Below, in pieces: positions 38,009-48,642 of a stretch of 64,000 nucleotides of DNA. A program made the translations under genes and the position numbers. Source of the DNA: a virus; the IMG/VR virus record IMGVR_UViG_3300033997_000406, positions 1 through 64,000 of that record; one strand, 5' to 3'. The notes beneath the pieces were generated by a model. The model was given only the letters and a program-made list of their open reading frames with translations, was not told where the DNA came from and did no database searches. Within the stretch, counting starts at the first letter, position 1. Each line of letters opens with the position of its first letter.

Positions 38009-41000
38009 ATGGATCAGACCAAATTTGCCATACAAGCGGGGCGGGCAACGTCTGTACGGCAACTAATTAGCGTGTTCGACAGCTTTTTACCGCAATCAGC
38101 ACCAGCAGCGGAAGAAGAGACAGAAGGTGGAACGAGGGCGCAAGCGAGGCGAAAATCTAACGCTGCAGCTCTGGCCATACTGGCAAGGAATCCGGATCCA
38201 AGCTTATTAACGGCAGGCGAAAAGCAAGCACTGTGGGCCTACTCCGGCCGAGGCGGCATAGGTGATAGCACCAACGAGTACTACACGCCACCTGTATTGG
38301 CTAAAGGTGTTTGGAGTCACTTTCAGGCATATGGCTTTGAGAATGGCAACGTACTGGAGCCCAGCTGTGCCACAGGCATTTTTAACAACCTAAAGCCGGA
38401 CAATGTAATTATCACCGGCGCAGAAGTGGATCCCACGTCCAGCAGAATTAACCAGTTACTGCACCCGACAGACACTATTCACAACATGCCTTTTGAAGCT
38501 CTGGCCAAAGCCACGCCCGACAGTACTTTTGACGGCGTTATAGGTAATGCACCATTCGGTAGGCGATTGAATACCTTTGCTGCACAGGATGATGTATATC
38601 GCGACTTGAAAACAAATGAGCAGTATTTTATTGCCCGCTCCATCGATAAAGTGAAGCCTGGCCACTTGGTATCACTAATCGTCAACACATCAATAGTCAG
38701 CACAAAAGGCCTAGCCAAGTTCAGGGCCATGATCAGCCGCAAAGCTGAGTTTTTAGGAGCGCACCGCTTCCCATCAGGCACTTTTAGCGCTAACGGCTCT
38801 GATTCGGTTGTGACTGATCTTGTTGTGTTTCGCAAGCACCCGGATGAACTCGCCGAAAAAATGCTGGATATGACAGATGAACAGCTCCAGGAAGCAAATG
38901 TGCTTTGGGACACGTTTATCAGTGGCCGCTGGTTTGACGCGGAAGGCCGCAAATTTATACATGGCGAAGTAATTAGCGGGGCGGGGCAGTGGGGTAGCGA
39001 CCTTGTTGTTATTCCTGGAATGCCTAAAGCAGAGCAAGGGCAGCGCCTATCCCCGCATCAGCGCATAGAAAAAGCAAACGTCATCAACGCTCACAACGAA
39101 ACAATAGCCAAAGCGCTCAGCAAGCGGTTTGAAAGCCGGATTGATTGGGATCTAATAGGCGCGGCTGAGCCTGTCATAGCAAATTATGTCGACGGCGACC
39201 GCAGATTAATAAACGGCCGCTGGTTTGAAATGACCGATGGCCAGTGGCTGCAAGTGGCGCTTACTGATGCCAAGGGCTCGCTGGACGCAACGATGTACGG
39301 TTTTACCTCTGTATCAGCAATTAAAGACGCTATGACTGATTCACGTTCAGCCATAGACATACCGTTTAATCAACTGTCGAACATTTACCAAAACTTGCGC
39401 GACACATTGCCTTTTGATGTTGTCAGCGCTTTCCGCCTGGCTGACCAAGCACCAGCAGAACACAGAGAGCGTTTAGTTAAAGGCGCACTTATTGGCGCCC
39501 GCCTCCGGGCTTTTAATGAACGCCAACTTATTGATCCTGACTACGACAGCGAGCTGATTGAATTACGTGAAATGTGCGCTGCAATGCACCGCAAGTTTGG
39601 CGACAGCAATAAGGTTCGCGGCATTAAAAAGCTAACAGGTGAAAGTGCAGCCTCTTACAACTTCTTTAAGTCAGCTCTGGACAAAGACGGCAACTACAGA
39701 GATTTGCTATCAGGAAACGTGGAACGCCGCGCTATAGCTCAATACAGCAACGACAATCCGAGCCACGTCATAGAGCAGCTGACCGCTACTGTTGTCAGCT
39801 CAATCACTCTGGACGAATTCAGGCAGTCTTACACAGGACCAGATGCAGAGCTGAGTGACGCTGAGTTTCTGGATAAGCTGGCACTTTATGAAAACATAGC
39901 CATTGACCAGTTTGGCAATCTGCAGCTGATGGACCGTGCTATAGCTGGTGACGTTGCAAAAAACAATTCTCGCCTAATGTCCGCTTTGGCCAATGAAACC
40001 CTGAGTGACGTGGTTAAGTTCAATATAGCCCGCCAGCTGGACATGATTAAATCACGGCGCAAGTGGACAGATGCTAGCCGTATAAGCTTTGGCTTGCGTG
40101 ACCAATTTATACCGCGTCAGACAGTGCTGGAGTTCCTGCAGCAAGAGGGCTTTTCTCATCTTAAATACGTTGGTATTGAGCAAAAATCTGTAGAAGAGGC
40201 TGGCGAGGAAAGTTTGGTTGAAGTGGATATGCCAGAAGAGCAAAACGGCATTTTCACCGGCTATTACACTCAGGGCGGCAAACAGAAAACCCGTAAAGAC
40301 GATGACGGCGGCACCTTTGGCGCTCAACTTGAAAAATACCTAAACGGCTTAGGTGTTCGCAGTGCTGATGCCAAGGAGAACAGCAAGTACCGTGACCGGA
40401 TCCGTGGTATGGAAAAGCGTTTTCAAATCTGGCTTCGTCAGCATGATAGCGCTGACGATATTGTTGCAGCCTACAACGATATGTTTAACGGCCATGTGGA
40501 GTTTGAACACTCAGACGCGCCCATTAACTTTGAAGGTGTTTCTGGTGAAGTACTGCATAAGGGTTATCAAAACAGTGCAATCCGCCGTCTATCAGAAGAT
40601 GGCAGGGGTATTCTCGGTTTTGGTACCGGCCTTGGCAAAACATTTGCAGCGTTAGGTGCTGCTAAATATGGTGTTCAGACAGGTCGTAATCGTAAAGTTT
40701 GTATCGTCATGCCAAAAGCAGTAAACGAAAACTGGATAAACGAAACCGTGCTGTTTTATGGTGGCGGCAACTTGTCCAAGGTCTTATTTGTCGGTTATGA
40801 GCTGGAGCAAAAAGACGGCGCATTAAGCACAAGGCCTGTGCTTGATGGCAAAGGTCAGCAAAAGCTGAATCCTTTGACTGGAAACGCTCTGACCACGCCA
40901 GTACTGCGAGAGCTGTCTGCAGCCGAAATCACAAACAACATGCACTTAATCCCGCACTCCGATTTTAACTTGGTGCTGATGACTAAAGAGCAGTATGCCG

Positions 41001-44000
41001 CTATCCCGATGAGACAAGAGACACTGGACGAAAACGCCAGAGATCACTTGTGGGCGCACCAGGATAAAGGCCACGTTGCGATGATGGCCAAAGGCTACAA
41101 AGAGCAAGCCAAAAAAGAGGCGGTGCTTAATAAGTTCAGTGATGACGGCACAGAAAAGACGCATGAATACCCTTACTTTGAGGATATGAACTTTGACTTA
41201 GTGATCGCCGATGAAGGCCATAACTACCGCAACAGTCAGAACCCCGGACAAGTCGGCCGGAACCTTGTCTATGTGTCTGCAGGTCAAGAGGCTCAAATCG
41301 CTGCTGATATGCGTCAAAAGCTGCACTACCTGAAACGCAAGTACAATGGTCGCGGCGCCATTCTCTTAACTGCCACCCCCACACCTAACAGCCCGCTGGA
41401 CATTTACAACATGCTTAGTCATGTAATGACAGTCAGCGAGTGGCAAAAGCTCGGCATTGCGAACCAGGATGACTTTATTAAGCACTTTGGCGAAGTGTCT
41501 GAGGTCATGGTTAGTCGGATCAGTGGTGGCGTTGCATTTGTCGAAGGCCTCACTGGCTTTAAAAATCTTGACGCGCTGCGCTCACTGTTCCACCGCTGGA
41601 TCAACAAGAAATCTGTTGAGGATGTTAAAGAGGACGTGAAAGTCCCAACAGTTGAAGATAAGGTGTCCGCCGTTCCGATGTCCGGCGATCAGAAGGCCGC
41701 TTATGAGCTACTGCGATACCGTGCAAAGCTTATCAGCGATAAAGCTAAAGGCGTCGACAGCACAATAAATGCTTCACCACAGGAGCTGCTGCTAATTGAG
41801 CGCATAGAGTCGATGTATCCGGACGACCAGCTCTTTAGCATTATTCGTGACATGGACCGCGTTTGTTCTGATATGGAGCTTTTTAACGGGCGAATGACGT
41901 TTATTTTCCCGAAAGAAAAAGCACCAGCAGTACGCCAGTTAGTAAAGTCTCTGCCTACTGAAAAAGTACGGATGGTAAACGACAAGAGCGAAAGCGGCGA
42001 AACTATCAAGGTGAAGCAAGTACTGCAGCTTAATGCAGTAGTCAACGAAAACCAGAACGGACATTTTACTGTCCAAATCAATGAATCCTTTGAAAGTGAT
42101 CTGCTGGGGCTCCTGAAGCAGTCCGGCCTGACACAGCAAGATATTACTCACCCATTAAGCCCTAAATACGCAAACCTGATTGAGAACTTAAAAGAGTCGA
42201 TCAAGGATGGCGGCAAACAACTGGTATTTAGTGAAGAAAAATCACAGCACAAGAAGCTGCACCGGATAATTTGCCACCACTTGCAGCTAAGACCAGATCA
42301 AGTAGGTATTTTGAATGGAGACACTGTAACCGGCAAAGACAGCGTAACGAATGATGAGAATGCTAAGGCAACCAAAGCAAAAGCCGCACTTGATGATGAA
42401 GCCATTGAGCAGGAAGGTCTTGAGGGCATTGCAGCCAAATACAACTCTGGTCAGTTCAAAGTGCTGATCCTGAATAAAAAGGGAGAAGTGGGCGTAAACC
42501 TTCACATAGGTACCAGCGACATACACCACTTAACTTTGCCATGGACAAGAGACGCATTAGTTCAGCGAAACGGCCGAGGCGCCCGAGTGGGTGCGCCACA
42601 AGATAAAGTAAACAGTCATGTGTATGTTTGTAAGGATTCGTTTGACGTATTCCGCAAAGACACAATAGACCGCAAAGGAAGTTGGCAGGATGAACTGTTT
42701 TTAGGTGAAGCTATCCGCGTTGATAATGGTGACGCAGAGCCTGACTTTGATATTGGCGCAATTATGTCGACCAACATTGAAGAGTACAAAGCCCAGGTGG
42801 CAGAGCAGAAGCGCAAAGCCGATGAAGCCCTTAAGCAGGAAAAGCGTACAGAAGCCTCAATTTCACTTCACAACCTGATCCGAACATCAAAGCTGATGCG
42901 CCGTGATATTGCGCCTGAGGAAGAAAAGGAGGCAAACCTTGCCGCCTTTGTTGCTGAGCGCCAGGCTACATTAAACAGCAAAACGGCAGCCCTTAACGAA
43001 GCCCGCGATAACTGGCAAGCAGCTAACAATGCCGGGCAAGACCAAACCACAGTCAATTATCTGCGAACCAAATACAAAGCAGCTAATGCCGCATCTGAAA
43101 CGGCCCTTAAGGATTTACGAGCTGCGCAAAGTTCGCTCGGCAAACAGCGGGCTGTTATCGCTTCCATTGAGCGAGCCAAAACACAGGCAAAACTTTTGCG
43201 GGGCAATGTAGAAACGGCGATTGCTGCAGGGCTCTTATCCATCAACCTGGATGACTTAGAGCACGTCAGCAGTATGGCTGTTGCTGAAGGCCGAGTTTAC
43301 AAAATTGGTCAGTACTATGAGTTTTTACTGAATGGTGCCAACAGTACTCCTGCGATTGTAAAAATTGAAGAGTTCACTCCGGATCAAAGCCAGTGCAGCG
43401 CATTAGTGGTCTTAAATGCTGGCGGGAGAACAAATACTGTTCGCACTATTCCGCTTAAGCAATTGGTAAATCAAACCCACTTTACTGAAACGGAAATTCA
43501 GTTACGCCAACAGCTTGCAACCGCTACATTTGACAACATAGCCCAGCTGGTCGGTCGGGACGAATTCTATTCACTGATAGAGCAGGGCGCCATTAACCCA
43601 AGCATGTACACGTACTATATTGAAGATGGCAAATTTAAAGGTGTTTCAGGCATCAACATAGTTCCTAAGGAAAGCCGTAATTCCATCGTTTATCCTGATC
43701 CAACATCAAGCAAGTTACGTGAAATGGTTATCCAGTCAGGTCTTGAATCACTGAAAAGTAGCTATGGTTCAACATCGTTACACCCACTATGGAAAGCTGT
43801 ACTTGGCGAAAATTACCTTGAAATTATAGGAAATGCGGACCCTTCACGCGAAACAGACGAACAGATAGCCGCCTGGCTACAAAATGCGGCTGATAAAACA
43901 CCAGAATCATCATGGCCATATAGGAAAGTACTTGATGCGGCAAAATCGGAAGAGTCCAGCGCCAAGAAATCCTATATCGATAGCATTTTCAGAACATATT

Positions 44001-44785
44001 TGAGGCGTTTAATACCCGGCACTACACAAGGTACGCGATACATATCCGCTATCACGGAATACTGCAGAACGTTAGAGGCTCAGTTTGACGTGGAGTTTGA
44101 AGAGTATCAGCAGAGAGTGGCAGACTTAAATAGCAAACTCACCACTGACGCGCTTAATAGCCCTGAAGGTGCCATACGCGAGCGCTTAGCATCTTTGACG
44201 CCAGGCCTATGGAGATTTGTGACTTTTTACGATAAAGCATCTGTTGATAAAATATTAGATGGTTCAAAGTATGAAAGCCTGAATCAGATAATGGCAGACT
44301 TAGTTAATGTTGGTTACACAGGCCATGGCTCAGTTAACACCACAAATTATGCGATGCCTAACAAAGAGTTGCTGAGACTCACAGCAAGACTTTGGGATGA
44401 AGCTAAATACAGCCGTGAAAAACTGACTAAGTTTATTGATAGCGGAGTACCGCAAGCTGAAGAGGCTACAGCCACAACTGCAGGCGTTTCAGTTGAACAG
44501 ATGGCAGATATACCATTTGCTCAAGCCCTGCTGGATAAGCACGGCATACAAGCTAAACGGAATACCAAGCCTGTAAAAGGTAAGGGCGCTTATGCCTGGA
44601 TAGGGTTGTTTGACCCGAAGGGCTATGGCCACGTTTTACAAAAGAGTCTGGCGGGGAAAGGAAATCCAAACAAAGAGCGCTTAGGGGCCGTATGGTATTC
44701 TAAAGCCGGTGACGAAATGGAAAACTATTGGTTGATACCTGCTGACGTGGACCCGTCCATTGTCGCTGATGTTTTTGACCTGTAA
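38009..44785 (+). CDS. darB: DarB antirestriction protein (N6-MTase plus SNF2-type helicase)
   Basis: EYYTP, LEPSCATG, GNAPF; GTGLGKT, DEGHN, LTATP, QRNGRGARVG; 2258 aa. Confidence 0.92.
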   Translation: MDQTKFAIQAGRATSVRQLISVFDSFLPQSAPAAEEETEGGTRAQARRKSNAAALAILARNPDPSLLTAGEKQALWAYSGRGGIGDSTNEYYTPPVLAKGVWSHFQAYGFENGNVLEPSCATGIFNNLKPDNVIITGAEVDPTSSRINQLLHPTDTIHNMPFEALAKATPDSTFDGVIGNAPFGRRLNTFAAQDDVYRDLKTNEQYFIARSIDKVKPGHLVSLIVNTSIVSTKGLAKFRAMISRKAEFLGAHRFPSGTFSANGSDSVVTDLVVFRKHPDELAEKMLDMTDEQLQEANVLWDTFISGRWFDAEGRKFIHGEVISGAGQWGSDLVVIPGMPKAEQGQRLSPHQRIEKANVINAHNETIAKALSKRFESRIDWDLIGAAEPVIANYVDGDRRLINGRWFEMTDGQWLQVALTDAKGSLDATMYGFTSVSAIKDAMTDSRSAIDIPFNQLSNIYQNLRDTLPFDVVSAFRLADQAPAEHRERLVKGALIGARLRAFNERQLIDPDYDSELIELREMCAAMHRKFGDSNKVRGIKKLTGESAASYNFFKSALDKDGNYRDLLSGNVERRAIAQYSNDNPSHVIEQLTATVVSSITLDEFRQSYTGPDAELSDAEFLDKLALYENIAIDQFGNLQLMDRAIAGDVAKNNSRLMSALANETLSDVVKFNIARQLDMIKSRRKWTDASRISFGLRDQFIPRQTVLEFLQQEGFSHLKYVGIEQKSVEEAGEESLVEVDMPEEQNGIFTGYYTQGGKQKTRKDDDGGTFGAQLEKYLNGLGVRSADAKENSKYRDRIRGMEKRFQIWLRQHDSADDIVAAYNDMFNGHVEFEHSDAPINFEGVSGEVLHKGYQNSAIRRLSEDGRGILGFGTGLGKTFAALGAAKYGVQTGRNRKVCIVMPKAVNENWINETVLFYGGGNLSKVLFVGYELEQKDGALSTRPVLDGKGQQKLNPLTGNALTTPVLRELSAAEITNNMHLIPHSDFNLVLMTKEQYAAIPMRQETLDENARDHLWAHQDKGHVAMMAKGYKEQAKKEAVLNKFSDDGTEKTHEYPYFEDMNFDLVIADEGHNYRNSQNPGQVGRNLVYVSAGQEAQIAADMRQKLHYLKRKYNGRGAILLTATPTPNSPLDIYNMLSHVMTVSEWQKLGIANQDDFIKHFGEVSEVMVSRISGGVAFVEGLTGFKNLDALRSLFHRWINKKSVEDVKEDVKVPTVEDKVSAVPMSGDQKAAYELLRYRAKLISDKAKGVDSTINASPQELLLIERIESMYPDDQLFSIIRDMDRVCSDMELFNGRMTFIFPKEKAPAVRQLVKSLPTEKVRMVNDKSESGETIKVKQVLQLNAVVNENQNGHFTVQINESFESDLLGLLKQSGLTQQDITHPLSPKYANLIENLKESIKDGGKQLVFSEEKSQHKKLHRIICHHLQLRPDQVGILNGDTVTGKDSVTNDENAKATKAKAALDDEAIEQEGLEGIAAKYNSGQFKVLILNKKGEVGVNLHIGTSDIHHLTLPWTRDALVQRNGRGARVGAPQDKVNSHVYVCKDSFDVFRKDTIDRKGSWQDELFLGEAIRVDNGDAEPDFDIGAIMSTNIEEYKAQVAEQKRKADEALKQEKRTEASISLHNLIRTSKLMRRDIAPEEEKEANLAAFVAERQATLNSKTAALNEARDNWQAANNAGQDQTTVNYLRTKYKAANAASETALKDLRAAQSSLGKQRAVIASIERAKTQAKLLRGNVETAIAAGLLSINLDDLEHVSSMAVAEGRVYKIGQYYEFLLNGANSTPAIVKIEEFTPDQSQCSALVVLNAGGRTNTVRTIPLKQLVNQTHFTETEIQLRQQLATATFDNIAQLVGRDEFYSLIEQGAINPSMYTYYIEDGKFKGVSGINIVPKESRNSIVYPDPTSSKLREMVIQSGLESLKSSYGSTSLHPLWKAVLGENYLEIIGNADPSRETDEQIAAWLQNAADKTPESSWPYRKVLDAAKSEESSAKKSYIDSIFRTYLRRLIPGTTQGTRYISAITEYCRTLEAQFDVEFEEYQQRVADLNSKLTTDALNSPEGAIRERLASLTPGLWRFVTFYDKASVDKILDGSKYESLNQIMADLVNVGYTGHGSVNTTNYAMPNKELLRLTARLWDEAKYSREKLTKFIDSGVPQAEEATATTAGVSVEQMADIPFAQALLDKHGIQAKRNTKPVKGKGAYAWIGLFDPKGYGHVLQKSLAGKGNPNKERLGAVWYSKAGDEMENYWLIPADVDPSIVADVFDL

Positions 44786-44847
44786 ATCACTTGGGGTTGA
44801 CGACCAATTAACAATGTCAATCCCTTTATAATCAATAGGATAGTGTT

Positions 44848-45282
44848 ATGGATTTAGATAAGTTACCGGATGATATTTTACGCTCATTTATTGAAGATAA
44901 CCGGGGCGGATTGACGGACGACGATTTTGTAAATCGGTATCTGGATACAGTAATTGACGGGCTGATGCTTAACCCTCTGCTATACCGCACGTATGGCGGG
45001 TATTGGTGGCCTTTAAAGCGCCTGCTGATTGCCAGACCAGACTATAAGCCTGAATGCGGCGATAGCTTTGACACCGATTTAAACCAGCTATTCAGTCACA
45101 GCGAAGATATTTTAACAGTTGCGGCTGCTTATCTGGAGCAGGCTAAGAATCTGGCGGACAAGATGCTGAGCGACAACCATTTTGTTTACGATGTAGCCGG
45201 TGGCGAATCGTTTGAGCTGACACTGGAAGATCCGGGCATGGAAAGGCTGCTTTTTGCTGAGCGGTTCGCGCAAAGTTTATGA
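44848..45282 (+). CDS. ulx: Ulx-like DarB packaging helper
   Basis: YRTYGGYWWPLKRLL; directly after darB; 144 aa. Confidence 0.7.
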   Translation: MDLDKLPDDILRSFIEDNRGGLTDDDFVNRYLDTVIDGLMLNPLLYRTYGGYWWPLKRLLIARPDYKPECGDSFDTDLNQLFSHSEDILTVAAAYLEQAKNLADKMLSDNHFVYDVAGGESFELTLEDPGMERLLFAERFAQSL

Positions 45283-45344
45283 TGCACCTGTCTTATCGAT
45301 TGCCCCCAATTGAAAGGCAGTAAGCCCCCTCAGCTTGCTTAAAC

Positions 45345-45374
45345 AAAAAGCCCGCGCAATGCGGGCTTTTCTTT
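45345..45374. terminator. Bidirectional intrinsic terminator
   Basis: AAAAAGCCCGC-GCAAT-GCGGGCTTTTCTTT. Confidence 0.75.
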
Positions 45375-45386
45375 GGGCGAATAGAA

Positions 45387-46766
45387 CTAAGCACCAGCAG
45401 GGCTTAAATCAAGACCTTGGCAGTTTAGGAAAAATCGTTGCACCGGTACCAGAGCCTGAAGGTAATCAATACTTTGCCCTAAAATCTGATGGCCAACAGT
45501 CGGGCCGCAGTTTCTTATAAGCACAGGCGGAATTTGCTTTACCGCAGCATGTTCGCCCAACGTCAATAGGCGCTCTTTTCCATCCGGACGAACAACAAAA
45601 GGCTCTGAAGAACGTTTTTTGTTGTAGTGGCGGCCGATCACACCAATAGATTCGGTATCTGCCGTTATGAGTTGGCGATTTGCATAGCCATGGCCTGCAG
45701 CTTCATCGCGTACCTGCTTGTCTTTTAAGTACTGGTTATCAGACCACATGGACTCAGGCGCGTTAATATCCAGAATCTCACCAAAGGAGTTTTGCTTTTT
45801 CGGTAAGTAAAAATCGAAAACCCCTTCAAGCCACTTTGCTGGCAATCCGCTTGATAACGCCATAAACCAGTAGCGCGGGCGGGCCTCAAAGCTGCCTGTA
45901 TTTTGGTTGGTTAATATCTTTTCAATAATAACGTACCCAAGCCGGATCAGCTCTTGTTTTAACAGTATGTAGATTGGGCTGTCTTTAGCGTCCTTCACAT
46001 TTTCGCTTGTGATCATGGCTGGGTTTGATGCAACTATGATGTCTCTTATTCCGAAAAGAGCGGTGCCGGATTCGTGTTCTTCTGCACTTAGTTTGTGCTT
46101 CGATTTACCTGCTTGGGATATGCCAGCACAAGGCAAGCTAAATGTTAAAACGTCGACCTGAGACAAGTACTTGGTTTCCAACTCTTCCAGTGTCGACTCA
46201 AAGCAGGCTGTTTCGTCTGTAATGGCATAGCTATTTGCAAATGCGGATTGCAGGTAACGAATATCGGCATCTACAACCCAAGCGAGCTTACCCTTCAGGC
46301 CTGCACCGACTATGCCGTCATGCGCTGCTGTGGTGCTGATAGCTCCACCCGTGCAGCAACTGCCTTCTGTAACTTCACCATTAGCCAAATGCTCAATAAA
46401 TCTAGCTTCTCGCTCTGCCTGTCTCTGGCGCTCATGGTGGATAGAAATAGTGATAGAGCCAGCTGTGAAAATTGCCCTGATTTTTGTCCCTATAGGGTAA
46501 TCTTCCTTGTACGGCGTCATAGTCATATCAATGACCGGGATAATTACGCCGAATTTAGTCTTGCCAACAACCACGTAATCGCCATCAGGGGAAAGAGTCA
46601 GTGTGATCGTATCGCCCACTCGTTCACGTTTATATTTTTCGCCCTTTGCAAAGCCCGCCATTTCAAGTTTTGCGCCATCAATCCAGAGCCTGGAGCCGTT
46701 ACGATGCTTTGTAACTGTTCTGTAACTAAGCTGCTTAAGCTTACCTATCACGCCTAATAAACCCAC
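45387..46766 (-). CDS. Plasmid-type C5 cytosine methyltransferase with N-terminal extension
   Basis: LPCAGISQAG, ENV, EARPR, ILGQS; N-terminal RLWIDG domain; operator variant at 46788-46804. Confidence 0.85.
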   Translation of the reverse strand: MGLLGVIGKLKQLSYRTVTKHRNGSRLWIDGAKLEMAGFAKGEKYKRERVGDTITLTLSPDGDYVVVGKTKFGVIIPVIDMTMTPYKEDYPIGTKIRAIFTAGSITISIHHERQRQAEREARFIEHLANGEVTEGSCCTGGAISTTAAHDGIVGAGLKGKLAWVVDADIRYLQSAFANSYAITDETACFESTLEELETKYLSQVDVLTFSLPCAGISQAGKSKHKLSAEEHESGTALFGIRDIIVASNPAMITSENVKDAKDSPIYILLKQELIRLGYVIIEKILTNQNTGSFEARPRYWFMALSSGLPAKWLEGVFDFYLPKKQNSFGEILDINAPESMWSDNQYLKDKQVRDEAAGHGYANRQLITADTESIGVIGRHYNKKRSSEPFVVRPDGKERLLTLGEHAAVKQIPPVLIRNCGPTVGHQILGQSIDYLQALVPVQRFFLNCQGLDLSPAGA

Positions 46767-46899
46767 TTAAAACACCTCTTTTTAGCAAATATCATAACAG
46801 TTGATATTAATTATTAATTCAGATGTTATCTTTTACTTTAATTGGTGTATATACTGCAAGCCATTAAATTATTAATTAACCAGCACCAGCAAAAGGTAA

Positions 46900-47310
46900 G
46901 TGATGACTGAAAAGACATCGGACGGCCTCACAGCCAGGCAGAGAAATATTAGAAATCAGAACAACAACCGCAAGAATATGCCGCGAGTAGGGCCGTTCTA
47001 CATCAGCGAGGCCCAGCTGTTTTTGTTTAATCAGCAAGCAGCTCTGCACGGCTCGAAAAAGGCGGCATTTGCTGCAGGCCTGCAGCGGCTAAGTGCAACA
47101 AGTGCTGATGTGGTTATTAGTCGTGAACTGCTGCACAACCTACTGAGTGCAGCCAGTGGATTTAGAGGCTATATCGACGCCATACCCGCAGATGTTGAAC
47201 TGTCCGACATGCCTGGCTTAGATAGGGATTTAGCAGATGAAGCGATTTATTTAGTGGGTGCGCTGATTCATTCAAAGACTCTGAGCAGTAACAGAAGGAT
47301 AAATAGATGA
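46900..47310 (+). CDS. Hypothetical protein
   Basis: First ORF of rightward early cluster. Confidence 0.55.
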   Translation: MMTEKTSDGLTARQRNIRNQNNNRKNMPRVGPFYISEAQLFLFNQQAALHGSKKAAFAAGLQRLSATSADVVISRELLHNLLSAASGFRGYIDAIPADVELSDMPGLDRDLADEAIYLVGALIHSKTLSSNRRINR

Positions 47311-47621
47311 ACGATAAAAAACCTGTAACCGGCACCCATGATGCGATAGCCGTTCTATCGCAACTGTCCGGGATTGATAAGACTGAAATTGGGGCTATGG
47401 CCGCTCAGATAAAAGCTAATCATGCCAAGTTAGACAGCTGTAGCTATCACGAATTTGAACCCACAGGGGCGGTACCAGCTTCAATAATGCGCCAAAAATA
47501 TCAGTGTAAGAACTGCGGCGGAACAATAGATAGATCCGCATACATTTGGCACGAACGCGGCAGACGCGCCAATCCAGCAGCGCAGAAATCAAGCTCAGTT
47601 GAAGGCAATCAGAATGGCTAA
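47307..47621 (+). CDS. Hypothetical zinc-binding protein
   Basis: C.YHEF...CKNCGG. Confidence 0.6.
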   Translation: MNDKKPVTGTHDAIAVLSQLSGIDKTEIGAMAAQIKANHAKLDSCSYHEFEPTGAVPASIMRQKYQCKNCGGTIDRSAYIWHERGRRANPAAQKSSSVEGNQNG

Positions 47622-47946
47622 ACAGTATCCTTTAGTTATAGAGAATGTGGGAAGTGACGTTTACGCCGTTATGTCAAAAGGGCACCATGACCCGGACCTG
47701 TTTATGACAGCTGTAAGGCAGGAATATAACTGGCCGCTTGGCAATCCTGAGCATGTGTGGATCAAGTCTACTCCTTGCAATACTGGCGAATATTCGGCGC
47801 ATTACAACATTGTTGAAAAAGGCACTCGCGGAGCCTGGCCAGCGACTTACAGCTGGGAAGCTTACGGCGAAGAGCAATATATGCCAAAAGCTCAGCACCA
47901 GCCAAATAGTGAATTGTCGGATAATAGAATGCAGGGCTTTCAATGA
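47614..47946 (+). CDS. Hypothetical phage protein
   Basis: MSKGHHD...RGAWPAT. Confidence 0.6.
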   Translation: MAKQYPLVIENVGSDVYAVMSKGHHDPDLFMTAVRQEYNWPLGNPEHVWIKSTPCNTGEYSAHYNIVEKGTRGAWPATYSWEAYGEEQYMPKAQHQPNSELSDNRMQGFQ

Positions 47947-48097
47947 TGGATTAAAGTACACACCTTAATTCTAATTGATTCAATGAGGGTGAAAATATGG
48001 TCGAGTTTATTGTTTCTGGTGGTGGCGTTGAGCCGCCTTTAACAACGTTTATTCTGATAACTTCAGTGCTTATCAAAGTGATGCAGGTCAGACAATA

Positions 48098-48283
48098 ATG
48101 ACTGATAACGAAAAAGATGAATTGTCTAAATACTGTAAAAATAACTGTGGACTGGATGCCACAGAAGTTGCTGATTTAGCACAAGTGCCACGCCGGACAT
48201 TTTACGACTGGTGGAGTGGCCGCCGCAGAGCCGTAGAGCTAATAGTTAAAGGCATCAAAGCAGAGCTGGAACAAAACAAATGA
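48098..48283 (+). CDS. Small HTH DNA-binding protein
   Basis: ATEVADLAQVPRRTFYDWW. Confidence 0.65.
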   Translation: MTDNEKDELSKYCKNNCGLDATEVADLAQVPRRTFYDWWSGRRRAVELIVKGIKAELEQNK

Positions 48284-48333
48284 GCGGCATTCGCTCATAA
48301 TGTCTTTACATGTGTGCGATATTCGCTCATAAT
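48280..48333 (+). promoter_or_regulatory. Promoter with two palindromic operators
   Basis: ATGAGCG-N5-CGCTCAT and GTGTGCG-N5-CGCTCAT around TTTACA-17-CATAAT. Confidence 0.6.
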
Positions 48334-48364
48334 TGATTTATATTAACTAAATGAGAAACGCGCC

Positions 48365-48640
48365 ATGCAAAGAGTTCAGGTGATGACTGCTGCAGAACTT
48401 CAGAAAGACGGTTCTTTTATAAAACAAATTCATGCTGTTTATGCTTCGATAGAATCGGCTAGGGCTGAAATGCAAAGGATAGCTGACACTTTCAACTCAG
48501 AAGATGGGCTTTATAAAGATTGGCGCGCCGAGACTCCAATAGGCCAGGTTGATGCTCTGTCATTGGAGCGTTTAGAAGGCAATCATTATCAGTGCCAGAC
48601 CTTCTACAAAATTCGGCCCTACAACGTAATAGCTGAGTAA
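48365..48640 (+). CDS. Hypothetical protein
   Basis: ORF after promoter. Confidence 0.55.
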   Translation: MQRVQVMTAAELQKDGSFIKQIHAVYASIESARAEMQRIADTFNSEDGLYKDWRAETPIGQVDALSLERLEGNHYQCQTFYKIRPYNVIAE

Positions 48641-48642
48641 GG

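Noticed and set aside
38456-43245. Many short antisense or alternate-frame ORFs inside darB, and similarly inside pacB, prt and darA
   Set aside because: Entirely overlapped by long motif-bearing genes
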